DNA of 64,000 bases. Origin: Sterolibacterium sp. (GTDB taxonomy: Bacteria > Pseudomonadota > Gammaproteobacteria > Burkholderiales > Rhodocyclaceae). Below the pieces are notes generated by a model, which ran no database searches, was not told where the DNA came from, and saw only the letters and a list, made by a program, of their open reading frames with translations. Position numbers and translations under genes: made by a program. The stretch is from positions 18,346 through 82,345 of the forward strand of contig JAGOSV010000001.1 in assembly GCA_018062105.1 (NCBI GenBank), in the 5' to 3' direction. Positions 39,409 to 48,269 of the stretch are shown piece after piece; within the stretch, counting starts at the first letter, position 1, and each line of letters starts with the position of its first letter.

Positions 39409-40521
39409 TTATGGGGTAAGGGCATGTTCCAGTGCTGTCAGGAAGCGCGCATTTTCGCTTTCCAGACCGATGGTGACGCGCAGATGATCCGGCAGGGCGT
39501 AATTGCCCAGCGGACGGACGATGATGCCCTGTTTGAGCAGGCGCTGATTGACGTTGGTGGCATCGGCGACCTGGAAGGTGACGAAGTTGCCGTGCGCCGG
39601 AATGTGGTTCAGGCCGAGGCGTTTCAGGCCGGTCGTGATCTGTTCCAGACCACGCTGGTTGAGCTCGTGGCTTTCAGTCAGGAAGAGGTGGTCGTCGAGG
39701 GCGGCACGGGCGGCGGCCAGCGCTAGGTTGTTGACGTTGAAGGGTTGGCGCAGGCGGTTCAGCAGGTCGATGACTTCGGCCGAGCCCAGGGCATAGCCGA
39801 TGCGCAGCCCCGCCAGACCATAGACCTTGGAGAAGGTGCGGGTGATGATGAGGTTGGAAAATTCATCGAGCCAGGGCCGCGGGTCGGCGTTGCCTTGTCG
39901 GGCTGTCGGCAGATATTCGTTGTAGGCTTCGTCGAGGACGACGATGACCCGTTCCGGGACGGCCTTGAGGAAGGCGTGCAGCTCGGCAGCCGGTAGCCAG
40001 GTACCGGTCGGGTTGTTGGGGTTGGCGATCCAGACCACCTGGGTATCGGGCCGGATGGCGGCCTGCATGGCGGTCAGGTCGTGGCCGAAGTCCCCATTCC
40101 GTGCCGGCGTGACGATGCTGGTGGCACCAACGCCCTGGCTGGCCAGCGGATAGACGGCAAAGGCGTATTGCGAGAAGACGGTGGAGCGACCCGGGCCAAG
40201 AAACACGCGAGCAACGAGGTCGAGCAGGTCGTTCGAGCCATTACCGAGCAGGATGCGTTCCATGCCCAGGCGGTGACGTTCGGCCAGGCTGTGGATCAGC
40301 TCGAATTGGTCGGGATAGCGTGCCAGACCGGAAATTTCGCGTTCGACGGCGGCACGCGCCAGCCGGCTCATGCCGAGCGGGTTTTCGTTGGAAGCGAGCT
40401 TGACGATGCGCTCGACGGGAATCTTCATCTCGCGCGCCAGGGCGGTGATGGGTTTGCCGGGAGGATAGGGGGCTATGGCGCGGATGTGATCCGGGGCAAG
40501 TGCAGCAAGGGTCGGACTCAT
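39409..40521 (-). CDS. hisC: Histidinol-phosphate / aromatic aminotransferase
   Basis: PYPPGKP, KLASNENPLG, GNGS, NPNNPTG, DEAY, RTFSKVYGLAGLRIGY. Confidence 0.95.
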   Translation of the reverse strand: MSPTLAALAPDHIRAIAPYPPGKPITALAREMKIPVERIVKLASNENPLGMSRLARAAVEREISGLARYPDQFELIHSLAERHRLGMERILLGNGSNDLLDLVARVFLGPGRSTVFSQYAFAVYPLASQGVGATSIVTPARNGDFGHDLTAMQAAIRPDTQVVWIANPNNPTGTWLPAAELHAFLKAVPERVIVVLDEAYNEYLPTARQGNADPRPWLDEFSNLIITRTFSKVYGLAGLRIGYALGSAEVIDLLNRLRQPFNVNNLALAAARAALDDHLFLTESHELNQRGLEQITTGLKRLGLNHIPAHGNFVTFQVADATNVNQRLLKQGIIVRPLGNYALPDHLRVTIGLESENARFLTALEHALTP

Positions 40522-40580
40522 GGCGGTATCGGCAGGGGCGGGAGACAGCGGGCGGGGTGGAATGGGTGGGATGGCCCAGC

Positions 40581-41690
40581 CTACAGGATGGCGGCCGGAT
40601 AGCTGCCGAGGATTTTGAGGAAGCCAGCGCGGGCAGAGAAGTCACTCAGGGCCTGGGCAAGCTCGGTGCTTTGGGCATGACCTTCGAGGTCGATGTAGAA
40701 CACGTAGGCCCATTGCCCCCCGCCCAGTCCACGCGCCGGCCGTGATTCGAAGCGGGTCATGCTGATGCCGTGGTCGGCCAGCGGAGTGAGCAGGTCATGG
40801 ACGGCTCCGGCGCGGTTTTGTGCCGAGCAGATGAGGGAGGTCTTGTCCTGTCCCGAGGGGCCGGCATCGTGCTGGCCGAGCACCAGAAAGCGGGTGGTGT
40901 TGTTGGGCTCGTCCTCGATGCGGGCAGCGAGGATGTTGAGCCCGTAATGTTGTGCGGCGGTTTCTCCGGCAATGGCGCAGGCATCGGGTTGTTCGGCCGC
41001 CAGGCGGGCGGCTTCGGCATTGCTGGCGACGGGCAGGCGGGGCACGCCGGGCAGATGGCGGTTTAGCCATTCATGGCATTGCGCTAGCGACTGGGCGTGG
41101 GAGTAGAGGCGTGTCGGGGGGTGTTGGGGATCGAGTGCGCTGGTTTGACCCAGCAGGTTCTGATGAATCCGCAGATTGACTTCGCCGCAAATTTTGAGCG
41201 GCGAGGACAGCAGTAGATCAAGGGTGCGACCGACCGCGCCTTCGGTGGAATTTTCCACGGGTACGACGGCATAGTCGGCATTGCCGGTTTCAACGGCACG
41301 GAAGGCATCGTCGATGCTGGCACAGGGATGAAGCGTGGGGGCGGCACCAAAATGCTTGCGCGCAGCGCTTTCGGTGAAGGTGCCGGCCGGGCCTAGGTAG
41401 GCAATGCGCAGCGGTTGTTCCAGAGCTAGGCAAGCGGACATGACTTCGCGCACGATGCGCTGCACGGCTTCATCGGGCAGCGGGCCAGGGTTGCTTTCGG
41501 CCATGCGGCGCAGCACCTGGGCTTCACGTTCGGGGCGGTAGATGACGCCCTGCTTGATCTCGCCGATGCGGTGCGCCAGCCGCGCCCGCTCGCTGACGAG
41601 GCGCAGCACCTCGTCATCGATGCGGTCGATGCCCGTGCGCAGCCGTGTCAGTTCAGCCTGTTCGCTGTTGCTGTCCGCTGCTCCTGTCAC
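40581..41690 (-). CDS. pheA: Chorismate mutase / prephenate dehydratase
   Basis: LRTGIDRID, RPERE, YLGPAGTF, PVENSTEG, NTTRF, ESRP. Confidence 0.96.
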   Translation of the reverse strand: MTGAADSNSEQAELTRLRTGIDRIDDEVLRLVSERARLAHRIGEIKQGVIYRPEREAQVLRRMAESNPGPLPDEAVQRIVREVMSACLALEQPLRIAYLGPAGTFTESAARKHFGAAPTLHPCASIDDAFRAVETGNADYAVVPVENSTEGAVGRTLDLLLSSPLKICGEVNLRIHQNLLGQTSALDPQHPPTRLYSHAQSLAQCHEWLNRHLPGVPRLPVASNAEAARLAAEQPDACAIAGETAAQHYGLNILAARIEDEPNNTTRFLVLGQHDAGPSGQDKTSLICSAQNRAGAVHDLLTPLADHGISMTRFESRPARGLGGGQWAYVFYIDLEGHAQSTELAQALSDFSARAGFLKILGSYPAAIL

Positions 41691-41693
41691 GCT

Positions 41694-42878
41694 TCATGCC
41701 TCCAGCGGCAGGAAGCGGACATTCAGGACACCTTCGATGGCGGCGATGGCATCGATGGTTTTTTGTGGCACGCTGCTGTCTACATCCACCAGGGTGTAGG
41801 CCATGTCGCCTTTCGACTTGTTCATCATGTTGTGGATGTTGAGGCCGGCTTGTGCTACGACGGTCGAGATCTGGCCGACCATGTTCGGCACATTGGCATT
41901 GGCGATGGCGATGCGGTGGCTGGACTCACGCGGCATGACGACATTCGGGAAGTTTACGGCGTTCTGGATGTTGCCGTGTTCGAGGTAGTCGCGCAGCTGG
42001 TCGGCCACCATGATGGCGCAGTTTTCTTCGGCTTCGCCGGTCGAGGCACCGAGGTGGGGCAGGGCGATGACCTTGGGATGGCGGTTGAGTTCGGCCGAAG
42101 GGAAATCGCAGACATAGGCGGCGAGTTTCTTGGCATCGAGGGCGGCCAGCGCGGCGTGGTCATTGACCACCTGATCACGCGAGAAATTGAGCAGCACGGC
42201 CGAGGACTTCATCTGGCCGATGTTGTCGGCGTTGATCATGTTGCGCGTGGCATCGAGCAGCGGCACATGCACCGAAACGAAGTCGGCATGCTTCAGTACT
42301 TCGTTGATGCTTTGCGCTTTTTTGACCTGGGCCGACAGGCTCCAGGCGGCATCGACGGTGATTTCCGGATCGAAGCCGAGCACGTTCATGCCCAGTTTGA
42401 GGGCGGCATCAGCCACCAGGCAGCCGATCTTGCCCAGACCGATGACACCCAGCGTGCGGCCGGCCAGTTCATAGCCGGCATAGGTTTTCTTGCCATCCTC
42501 GACCTTTTTTTCCATGTCGGGGTCGGCCGGATCGAGGGCTGCGACAAAACTCATGGCGCCGCCCAGATTACGGGCAGCCAGCAGCATGCCAGCAATCACC
42601 AGCTCCTTGACGGCATTGGCGTTGGCACCGGGGGCGTTGAACACTGGCACGCCGCGCGCACTCATGACCTTGACGGGGATGTTGTTGGTGCCGGCACCGG
42701 CGCGGCCGATGGCGCGTATCGATGCCGGAATGTCCATCTTGTGCATGTCGGCGGAGCGCACCAGCACGGCGTCGGGGGCAGCGATGTCCTTGCCGGTGCT
42801 GTAGCGTTCGGCCGGCAGGCGCTTCAGGCCGTTGGCTGAAATCTGGTTGAGGATGAGGATCTGGAATTTGTTGGCCAT
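41694..42878 (-). CDS. serA: D-3-phosphoglycerate dehydrogenase with ACT domain
   Basis: RAGAGTNNI, PGANANAVKEL, GLGKIG, LPHLGAST, ACT tail; adjacent to serC. Confidence 0.92.
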   Translation of the reverse strand: MANKFQILILNQISANGLKRLPAERYSTGKDIAAPDAVLVRSADMHKMDIPASIRAIGRAGAGTNNIPVKVMSARGVPVFNAPGANANAVKELVIAGMLLAARNLGGAMSFVAALDPADPDMEKKVEDGKKTYAGYELAGRTLGVIGLGKIGCLVADAALKLGMNVLGFDPEITVDAAWSLSAQVKKAQSINEVLKHADFVSVHVPLLDATRNMINADNIGQMKSSAVLLNFSRDQVVNDHAALAALDAKKLAAYVCDFPSAELNRHPKVIALPHLGASTGEAEENCAIMVADQLRDYLEHGNIQNAVNFPNVVMPRESSHRIAIANANVPNMVGQISTVVAQAGLNIHNMMNKSKGDMAYTLVDVDSSVPQKTIDAIAAIEGVLNVRFLPLEA

Positions 42879-42895
42879 GGTTTTGCTCTCCCGGA

Positions 42896-43981
42896 TTATT
42901 TGCCGTGCTGGGCTTCGAATTCTTTCATGTAGGCGACCAGCGCCTGAACGCCTTCGAGGGGCATGGCGTTGTAGATCGAGGCACGCATGCCGCCGACCGA
43001 GCGGTGGCCTTTCAGTTGCACCATGCCGCGCGCCTTGGCACCTTTGAGGAATTCTTCGTCGAGCTCGGCGTTGGCCAGCGTGAAGGGGATGTTCATGCGC
43101 GAGCGGTCTTCTTTTTTCACCGGATTCTTGAAGAATGTGCTCTGGTCGAGGAAGTCATAGAGCAGATTGGCTTTGGTGATGTTCTTCTGCTCGATGGCGG
43201 CCAGCCCGCCTTGTTTCTTGAGCCACTGGAAGACCAGACCGGCGATATAAATGCCGTAGGTTGGCGGGGTGTTGTACATCGAGTCGTTGTCAGCGTGGGT
43301 CTTGTAGTCGAGCATGGCAGACGGAGCCGGGTTAGCCTTGCCGATCAGGTCGTCGCGAATGATGACGATGGTCAGGCCGGCCGGGCCGATATTCTTTTGT
43401 GCGCCAGCGTAGATCAGACCGTATTTGGCGATATCGACGGGCTTGGAAAGGATGTTCGAGGACATGTCGCAGACTAGCGGCACATTGCCAGTTTCCGGTG
43501 TCCAGTGGAATTCGACACCGCCAATGGTTTCGTTGGCGGTGTAATGCACATAGGCGGCATTCGGGTCGAGCTGCCAGGTACTTTGCGGCGGGGCGTAGTT
43601 GAAATTACTGTCCTCGCTGCTGGCTACCACGTTGGCGCGGCCGAAGTTCTTGATGCCCTTGATGGCCTTCTTGGCCCATTCGCCGGTATTGACGAAATCG
43701 GCGTTGCCTTTGCCGGCCAGCAGGTTCATCGGGATCATTTCGAATTGCAGCGAGGCACCGCCTTGCAGGAACAACACCTTGTAATTGGCCGGAATGGCCA
43801 TCAATTCGCGCAGGTCGGCTTCAGCAGCGGCGGCGATGGACATGAACTCCTTGCCGCGATGGCTCATTTCCATGACCGACTGGCCGCTGCCGTGCCAGTC
43901 GAGCATTTCGGCGGCGGCTTGTTGCAGGACTTCTGCGGGCAGTGCGGCGGGGCCGGCACTGAAATTGATGGCGCGGGTCAT
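42896..43981 (-). CDS. serC: Phosphoserine aminotransferase
   Basis: [45 protein letters not shown]. Confidence 0.97.
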   Translation of the reverse strand: MTRAINFSAGPAALPAEVLQQAAAEMLDWHGSGQSVMEMSHRGKEFMSIAAAAEADLRELMAIPANYKVLFLQGGASLQFEMIPMNLLAGKGNADFVNTGEWAKKAIKGIKNFGRANVVASSEDSNFNYAPPQSTWQLDPNAAYVHYTANETIGGVEFHWTPETGNVPLVCDMSSNILSKPVDIAKYGLIYAGAQKNIGPAGLTIVIIRDDLIGKANPAPSAMLDYKTHADNDSMYNTPPTYGIYIAGLVFQWLKKQGGLAAIEQKNITKANLLYDFLDQSTFFKNPVKKEDRSRMNIPFTLANAELDEEFLKGAKARGMVQLKGHRSVGGMRASIYNAMPLEGVQALVAYMKEFEAQHGK

Positions 43982-46569
43982 TCGGTTTCTCCTTCGTCTT
44001 CAGAGGTGGATTCAGATTCAATATCGGATTCAGTATCGGATTCGATGATTTTTTCGATGCCGGCCAGGCTGTCGCCGGCATCGAGGTTGATGAGGGTCAC
44101 GCCCTGGGTCGAGCGGCCCATTTCGCGGATCTGATTGACGGCGGTGCGGATCAAGACGCCGCCGGTGGAAATCAGCATCAGGTGGTCGTCCGGCTGGACG
44201 AGCAGGGCGCCAATCACCTTACCGTTACGCTCACTGGTCTGGATGGCGATCATGCCCTTGGTGCCACGGCCATGGCGGGTGTATTCGGCAATGGCGGTAC
44301 GCTTGCCGTAGCCATTTTCGGTGGCGGTGAGTACCGAGCATTCTTCGTTGGCAGCCACCAGCATGGAAATGACTGTCTGGCTTTCTTCCAGCCACATGCC
44401 GCGCACGCCGCGGGCAGCACGCCCCATGGCACGCACGTCTTCCTCAGCGAAGCGCACGGCTTTGCCGGCGTTGGAGAAGAGCATCACGTCATAGCTGCCA
44501 TCGGTGATGGCAACACCGATCAGGTAGTCGTTTTCGTCGAGCCCGACGGCGATGATGCCGGCACGGCGCGGGTTGGAAAAGTCGGACAACGGGGTTTTCT
44601 TGACCGTGCCGCCGGCGGTGGCCATAAAGACGTAATGCTGCTCATCGAATTCCTTGACCGGCAGGATGGCGGTGATCTTTTCGCCTTCCTCGAGCGGAAA
44701 GAGGTTAATGATGGGCTTGCCGCGGCTGGTGCGCGTGCCCTGCGGAGCTTCGTATACCTTGAGCCAATAGACGCGGCCACGGTTGGAAAAGCACAGGATG
44801 TAGTCGTGGGTGTTGGCGACGAAGAGGTGATCGACGAAATCGTCTTCCTTGTTCGAGGCGGCCTGCTTGCCACGGCCGCCGCGTCTTTGCGCCTTGTATT
44901 CGGACAGTGGCTGTGACTTGATGTAGCCGCTGTGTGAGAGGGTGACCACCATGTCCTGCGGGGTGATGAGATCCTCGATGTTGATGTCCTGGGCGTTCAT
45001 GATGACTTCGGTACGCCGGGCATCGGTGAACTGGCTGCGGATGGCTTGCAGCTCTTCGCCAATGATGGCGGTGATGCGCTCGGGACGCGCCAGGATGTCG
45101 AGCAAGTCGGCGATGAGTGCCATCACTTCCTTGTACTCGGCAATGATCTTGTCCTGTTCCAGACCGGTCAAACGTTGCAGGCGCAGTTCCAGGATGGCCT
45201 GGGCCTGGGTGTCTGACAGCAGGTAGCCGTCCTGACCGAGGCCGAATTCGGGGGGCAAATCTTCGGGACGCGAGGCATCGGCCATGGCACGCGCCAGCAT
45301 GCCGTTGACCAGCGGCGAATTCCAGCGGCGCCCCATCAGGGCACGCTTGGCATCGGCCGGAGTGGGCGCAGCTTTGATGAGGGCAATGATTTCGTCGACA
45401 TTGGACAGGGCAACGGCCAGACCTTCGAGGATGTGGCCGCGTTCGCGTGCCTTGCGCAGTTCAAAGACGGTACGGCGGGTGACCACCTCGCGGCGATGGG
45501 CGAGGAAGGCTGCGAGCATTTCCTTGAGGTTGAGCAGGCGCGGCCGGCCATCGACCAGCGCCACCATGTTCATGCCGAAGGTGTCTTGCAGCTGGGTCTG
45601 CTTGTAGAGATGATTGAGCACGACATCCGGCATTTCTCCGCGCTTCAGCTCGATCACCACGCGCATGCCGTCCTTGTCGGATTCGTCCTGCAGGTGGGTG
45701 ATGCCTTCGATCTTCTTGTCGTTGACCAGTTCGGCAATCTTCTCCAGCAATACCTTCTTGTTGACCTGGTAGGGCAGCTCATCGATGACGATCAACTGCT
45801 TGCCATTCTTTTCGTTTTCTTCGATGTGGGTGCGGGCCCGCATGACGACGCGCCCACGCCCCGTCAGATAGCCTTCGCGCACACCGGCAATGCCATAAAT
45901 CAGGCCGGCGGTGGGGAAATCGGGAGCCGGGATGATGTCGATCAGCTGTTCGATGGTGATGTCCGGGTCGGCCAGCAGGGCCAGGCAGCCATCGACGACT
46001 TCGCCGAGATTGTGCGGCGGGATGTTGGTGGCCATGCCGACGGCGATACCGGCACTGCCGTTGATGAGCAGGTTGGGCACCTTGGCCGGTAGCACCAGTG
46101 GTTCCTGTTCAGCGCCGTCATAGTTGGGGCCGAAATCGACGGTTTCCTTTTCCAGGTCGGCCAGCAGTTCGTGGCCGATGCGCGCCATGCGGATTTCGGT
46201 GTAACGCATGGCCGCTGCGCTATCGCCATCGACCGAACCGAAGTTGCCCTGGCCGTCGATGAGCATGTAGCGCAGGGAAAAGCTCTGTGCCATGCGGACG
46301 ATGGTGTCATACACGGCGCTGTCGCCATGTGGGTGGTATTTACCGATGACATCGCCGACGATACGCGCCGATTTCTTGTACGGCTTGTTCCAGTCATTGG
46401 ACAGCTCGTGCATGGCGTAGAGCACGCGCCGATGTACCGGCTTGAGACCGTCGCGCACGTCCGGCAGCGCCCGGCCGACGATCACGCTCATGGCGTAATC
46501 GAGATAGGAATGACGCATCTCCTCTTCGAGACTGATCGGCAGGGTTTCTTTGGCAAACGGGGTCGTCAT
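43978..46569 (-). CDS. gyrA: DNA gyrase subunit A
   Basis: [33 protein letters not shown], GyrA-box QRRGGRG, acidic tail. Confidence 0.98.
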   Translation of the reverse strand: MTTPFAKETLPISLEEEMRHSYLDYAMSVIVGRALPDVRDGLKPVHRRVLYAMHELSNDWNKPYKKSARIVGDVIGKYHPHGDSAVYDTIVRMAQSFSLRYMLIDGQGNFGSVDGDSAAAMRYTEIRMARIGHELLADLEKETVDFGPNYDGAEQEPLVLPAKVPNLLINGSAGIAVGMATNIPPHNLGEVVDGCLALLADPDITIEQLIDIIPAPDFPTAGLIYGIAGVREGYLTGRGRVVMRARTHIEENEKNGKQLIVIDELPYQVNKKVLLEKIAELVNDKKIEGITHLQDESDKDGMRVVIELKRGEMPDVVLNHLYKQTQLQDTFGMNMVALVDGRPRLLNLKEMLAAFLAHRREVVTRRTVFELRKARERGHILEGLAVALSNVDEIIALIKAAPTPADAKRALMGRRWNSPLVNGMLARAMADASRPEDLPPEFGLGQDGYLLSDTQAQAILELRLQRLTGLEQDKIIAEYKEVMALIADLLDILARPERITAIIGEELQAIRSQFTDARRTEVIMNAQDINIEDLITPQDMVVTLSHSGYIKSQPLSEYKAQRRGGRGKQAASNKEDDFVDHLFVANTHDYILCFSNRGRVYWLKVYEAPQGTRTSRGKPIINLFPLEEGEKITAILPVKEFDEQHYVFMATAGGTVKKTPLSDFSNPRRAGIIAVGLDENDYLIGVAITDGSYDVMLFSNAGKAVRFAEEDVRAMGRAARGVRGMWLEESQTVISMLVAANEECSVLTATENGYGKRTAIAEYTRHGRGTKGMIAIQTSERNGKVIGALLVQPDDHLMLISTGGVLIRTAVNQIREMGRSTQGVTLINLDAGDSLAGIEKIIESDTESDIESESTSEDEGETE

Positions 46570-46748
46570 CGTCGCGTTTTCGTCAGGGTTGCTGCCATAC
46601 AGGCATGAGCGGAGGATTCCGCAGCAGCGAAACCGGGAATTTTAGCCGCTTTTGACCCTCGAGGGGCGGGTACGGGTGCCTGGACACTTCATGCTGGCAA
46701 GCCTGTCTGTCCCGGCCGTGGGGGCGGATGTTGCCGGGAGGTTCGGGG

Positions 46749-47570
46749 TCAGTGGTGTTCTTCCAGCAACCGGGCCAGCAGAGGTTTGATGATTTCCGGC
46801 TCGAAGGGCTTGTCGCAGATGGCAAACACGCCCAGGTCGCCCAGCCCGGCCAGCCGGCTGCGGTTTTGCTCGCTGGTGATCATCAGGATGGGTACCGAGT
46901 TTTGCCAGCTTTTGTGGCGGATATGTTCGACCAGTGCGCCACCGTCCATTTCCGGCATGTTGAAATCCGTGACGACCAGATCGACCAGGGTTTCTTCCAT
47001 GATGCGGGCGGCTTCGAGGCCGTTTTCTGCTTCGATGAAATTCTTGAGGCCGACATTTTCGAAGACATGGCGCACGTAATTGCGTGAAGTCGTACTGTCA
47101 TCGACCAGCAGCACGGTCAGTTCTTCGAGTTCGAAGTGCTCATTGATCAGGCTGTTGTCGACGCTCAGGTAATCCAGTGTCGAGGCCAGCACCTTTTTCA
47201 GCTGTACTTCGGTAAACGGCTTGGGCAGGATGCCGCAGGCACCGGACTGGCGCACGGGTTCCAGCACTTGCGGGCGGGTTTCACTGGAGATCAGGACGAA
47301 GGCCACATCCGCCAGATCCGGGTCGCTGCGCATGGCATAGACCAGTTCGGTGCCCGACATATCTGGCAGATACAGGGCGCTGATGACGACACCGGGATGC
47401 TCGTTTTTCATTTGGTCGAGCACTTCCTGGGCTGATTCAAAGATCCGGATGCGGGAGACGCCCAGGGCGCCCAGCTCACCGGCAATGTATTTGGATTGAA
47501 CCGCAGAAGGTTCCACCAGGAAAACTGAAAGCGTATTGAGCAGGGTCTCTCGTCCCACGGCAGTCTCCAT
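46749..47570 (-). CDS. Response regulator with two receiver domains and no output domain
   Basis: First receiver: LVEPS, ISALYLPDMSG, LPKPF. Second receiver: LVDDS, VTDFNMPEMDG, ITS, DKPF. Confidence 0.88.
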   Translation of the reverse strand: METAVGRETLLNTLSVFLVEPSAVQSKYIAGELGALGVSRIRIFESAQEVLDQMKNEHPGVVISALYLPDMSGTELVYAMRSDPDLADVAFVLISSETRPQVLEPVRQSGACGILPKPFTEVQLKKVLASTLDYLSVDNSLINEHFELEELTVLLVDDSTTSRNYVRHVFENVGLKNFIEAENGLEAARIMEETLVDLVVTDFNMPEMDGGALVEHIRHKSWQNSVPILMITSEQNRSRLAGLGDLGVFAICDKPFEPEIIKPLLARLLEEHH

Positions 47571-47648
47571 CAAGACACGAGATTGAGATGGGGTCGATTG
47601 TAGCAGCCGATGAGCGCAGCCGTGCCGATAGTCCAGGCCATGTGCGGA

Positions 47649-48269
47649 TTATTTGGCAGCAGTCGGTGCAGCCAGATTCAGTTCTGCGTGCCGGAAGCAG
47701 CCCACCAGGTGGTCATTGACCAGTCCTACGGCTTGCATCAGTGAATAGCAGATGGTCGGGCCGACGAAGCGGAAGCCGCGTTGTTGCAGGTCGCGTGAGA
47801 GTTGTTCGGAGAGCGGGCTGCTGGCGGGCAGTTCGTTCAGGCTGCGCCAGTGGTTTTGGCGCGGCTGGCCATCGACGAAGCGCCACAGGTAATGGTCGAG
47901 GCTGCCGAAGACTTCCTGGAGCGCCAGGGTGCGTGCGGCGTTGTGGAGGGCAGCGTCGATTTTCAGGCGGTTGCGGACGATGCCCGGGTCAGCCAGCAGG
48001 CGCTGGCGGTCGGCCGCATCGAAGCGGGCGACCCGTTGCGGGTCGAAATCGGCGAAGGCGGCGCGGTAGTGGGCGCGTTTGTGCAGGATGGTGCGCCACG
48101 ACAGGCCGGCCTGGGCACCTTCGAGGATGAGGAATTCGAATAGCTGCTGATCATCGTGCTGTGGAACACCCCATTCGGTGTCGTGATAGGCGCGATAGAG
48201 CTGGTCGGGACGGCCTTTGTAGGGGGTTTCACACCAGCCGCAGCGTGTCGGTTCAAGGACGGAGGTCAT
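47649..48269 (-). CDS. tag: DNA-3-methyladenine glycosylase I
   Basis: RCGW, YHDTEWG, LEGAQAGLSW, RNRLKI, FVGPTI, VNDHLVGC. Confidence 0.95.
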   Translation of the reverse strand: MTSVLEPTRCGWCETPYKGRPDQLYRAYHDTEWGVPQHDDQQLFEFLILEGAQAGLSWRTILHKRAHYRAAFADFDPQRVARFDAADRQRLLADPGIVRNRLKIDAALHNAARTLALQEVFGSLDHYLWRFVDGQPRQNHWRSLNELPASSPLSEQLSRDLQQRGFRFVGPTICYSLMQAVGLVNDHLVGCFRHAELNLAAPTAAK

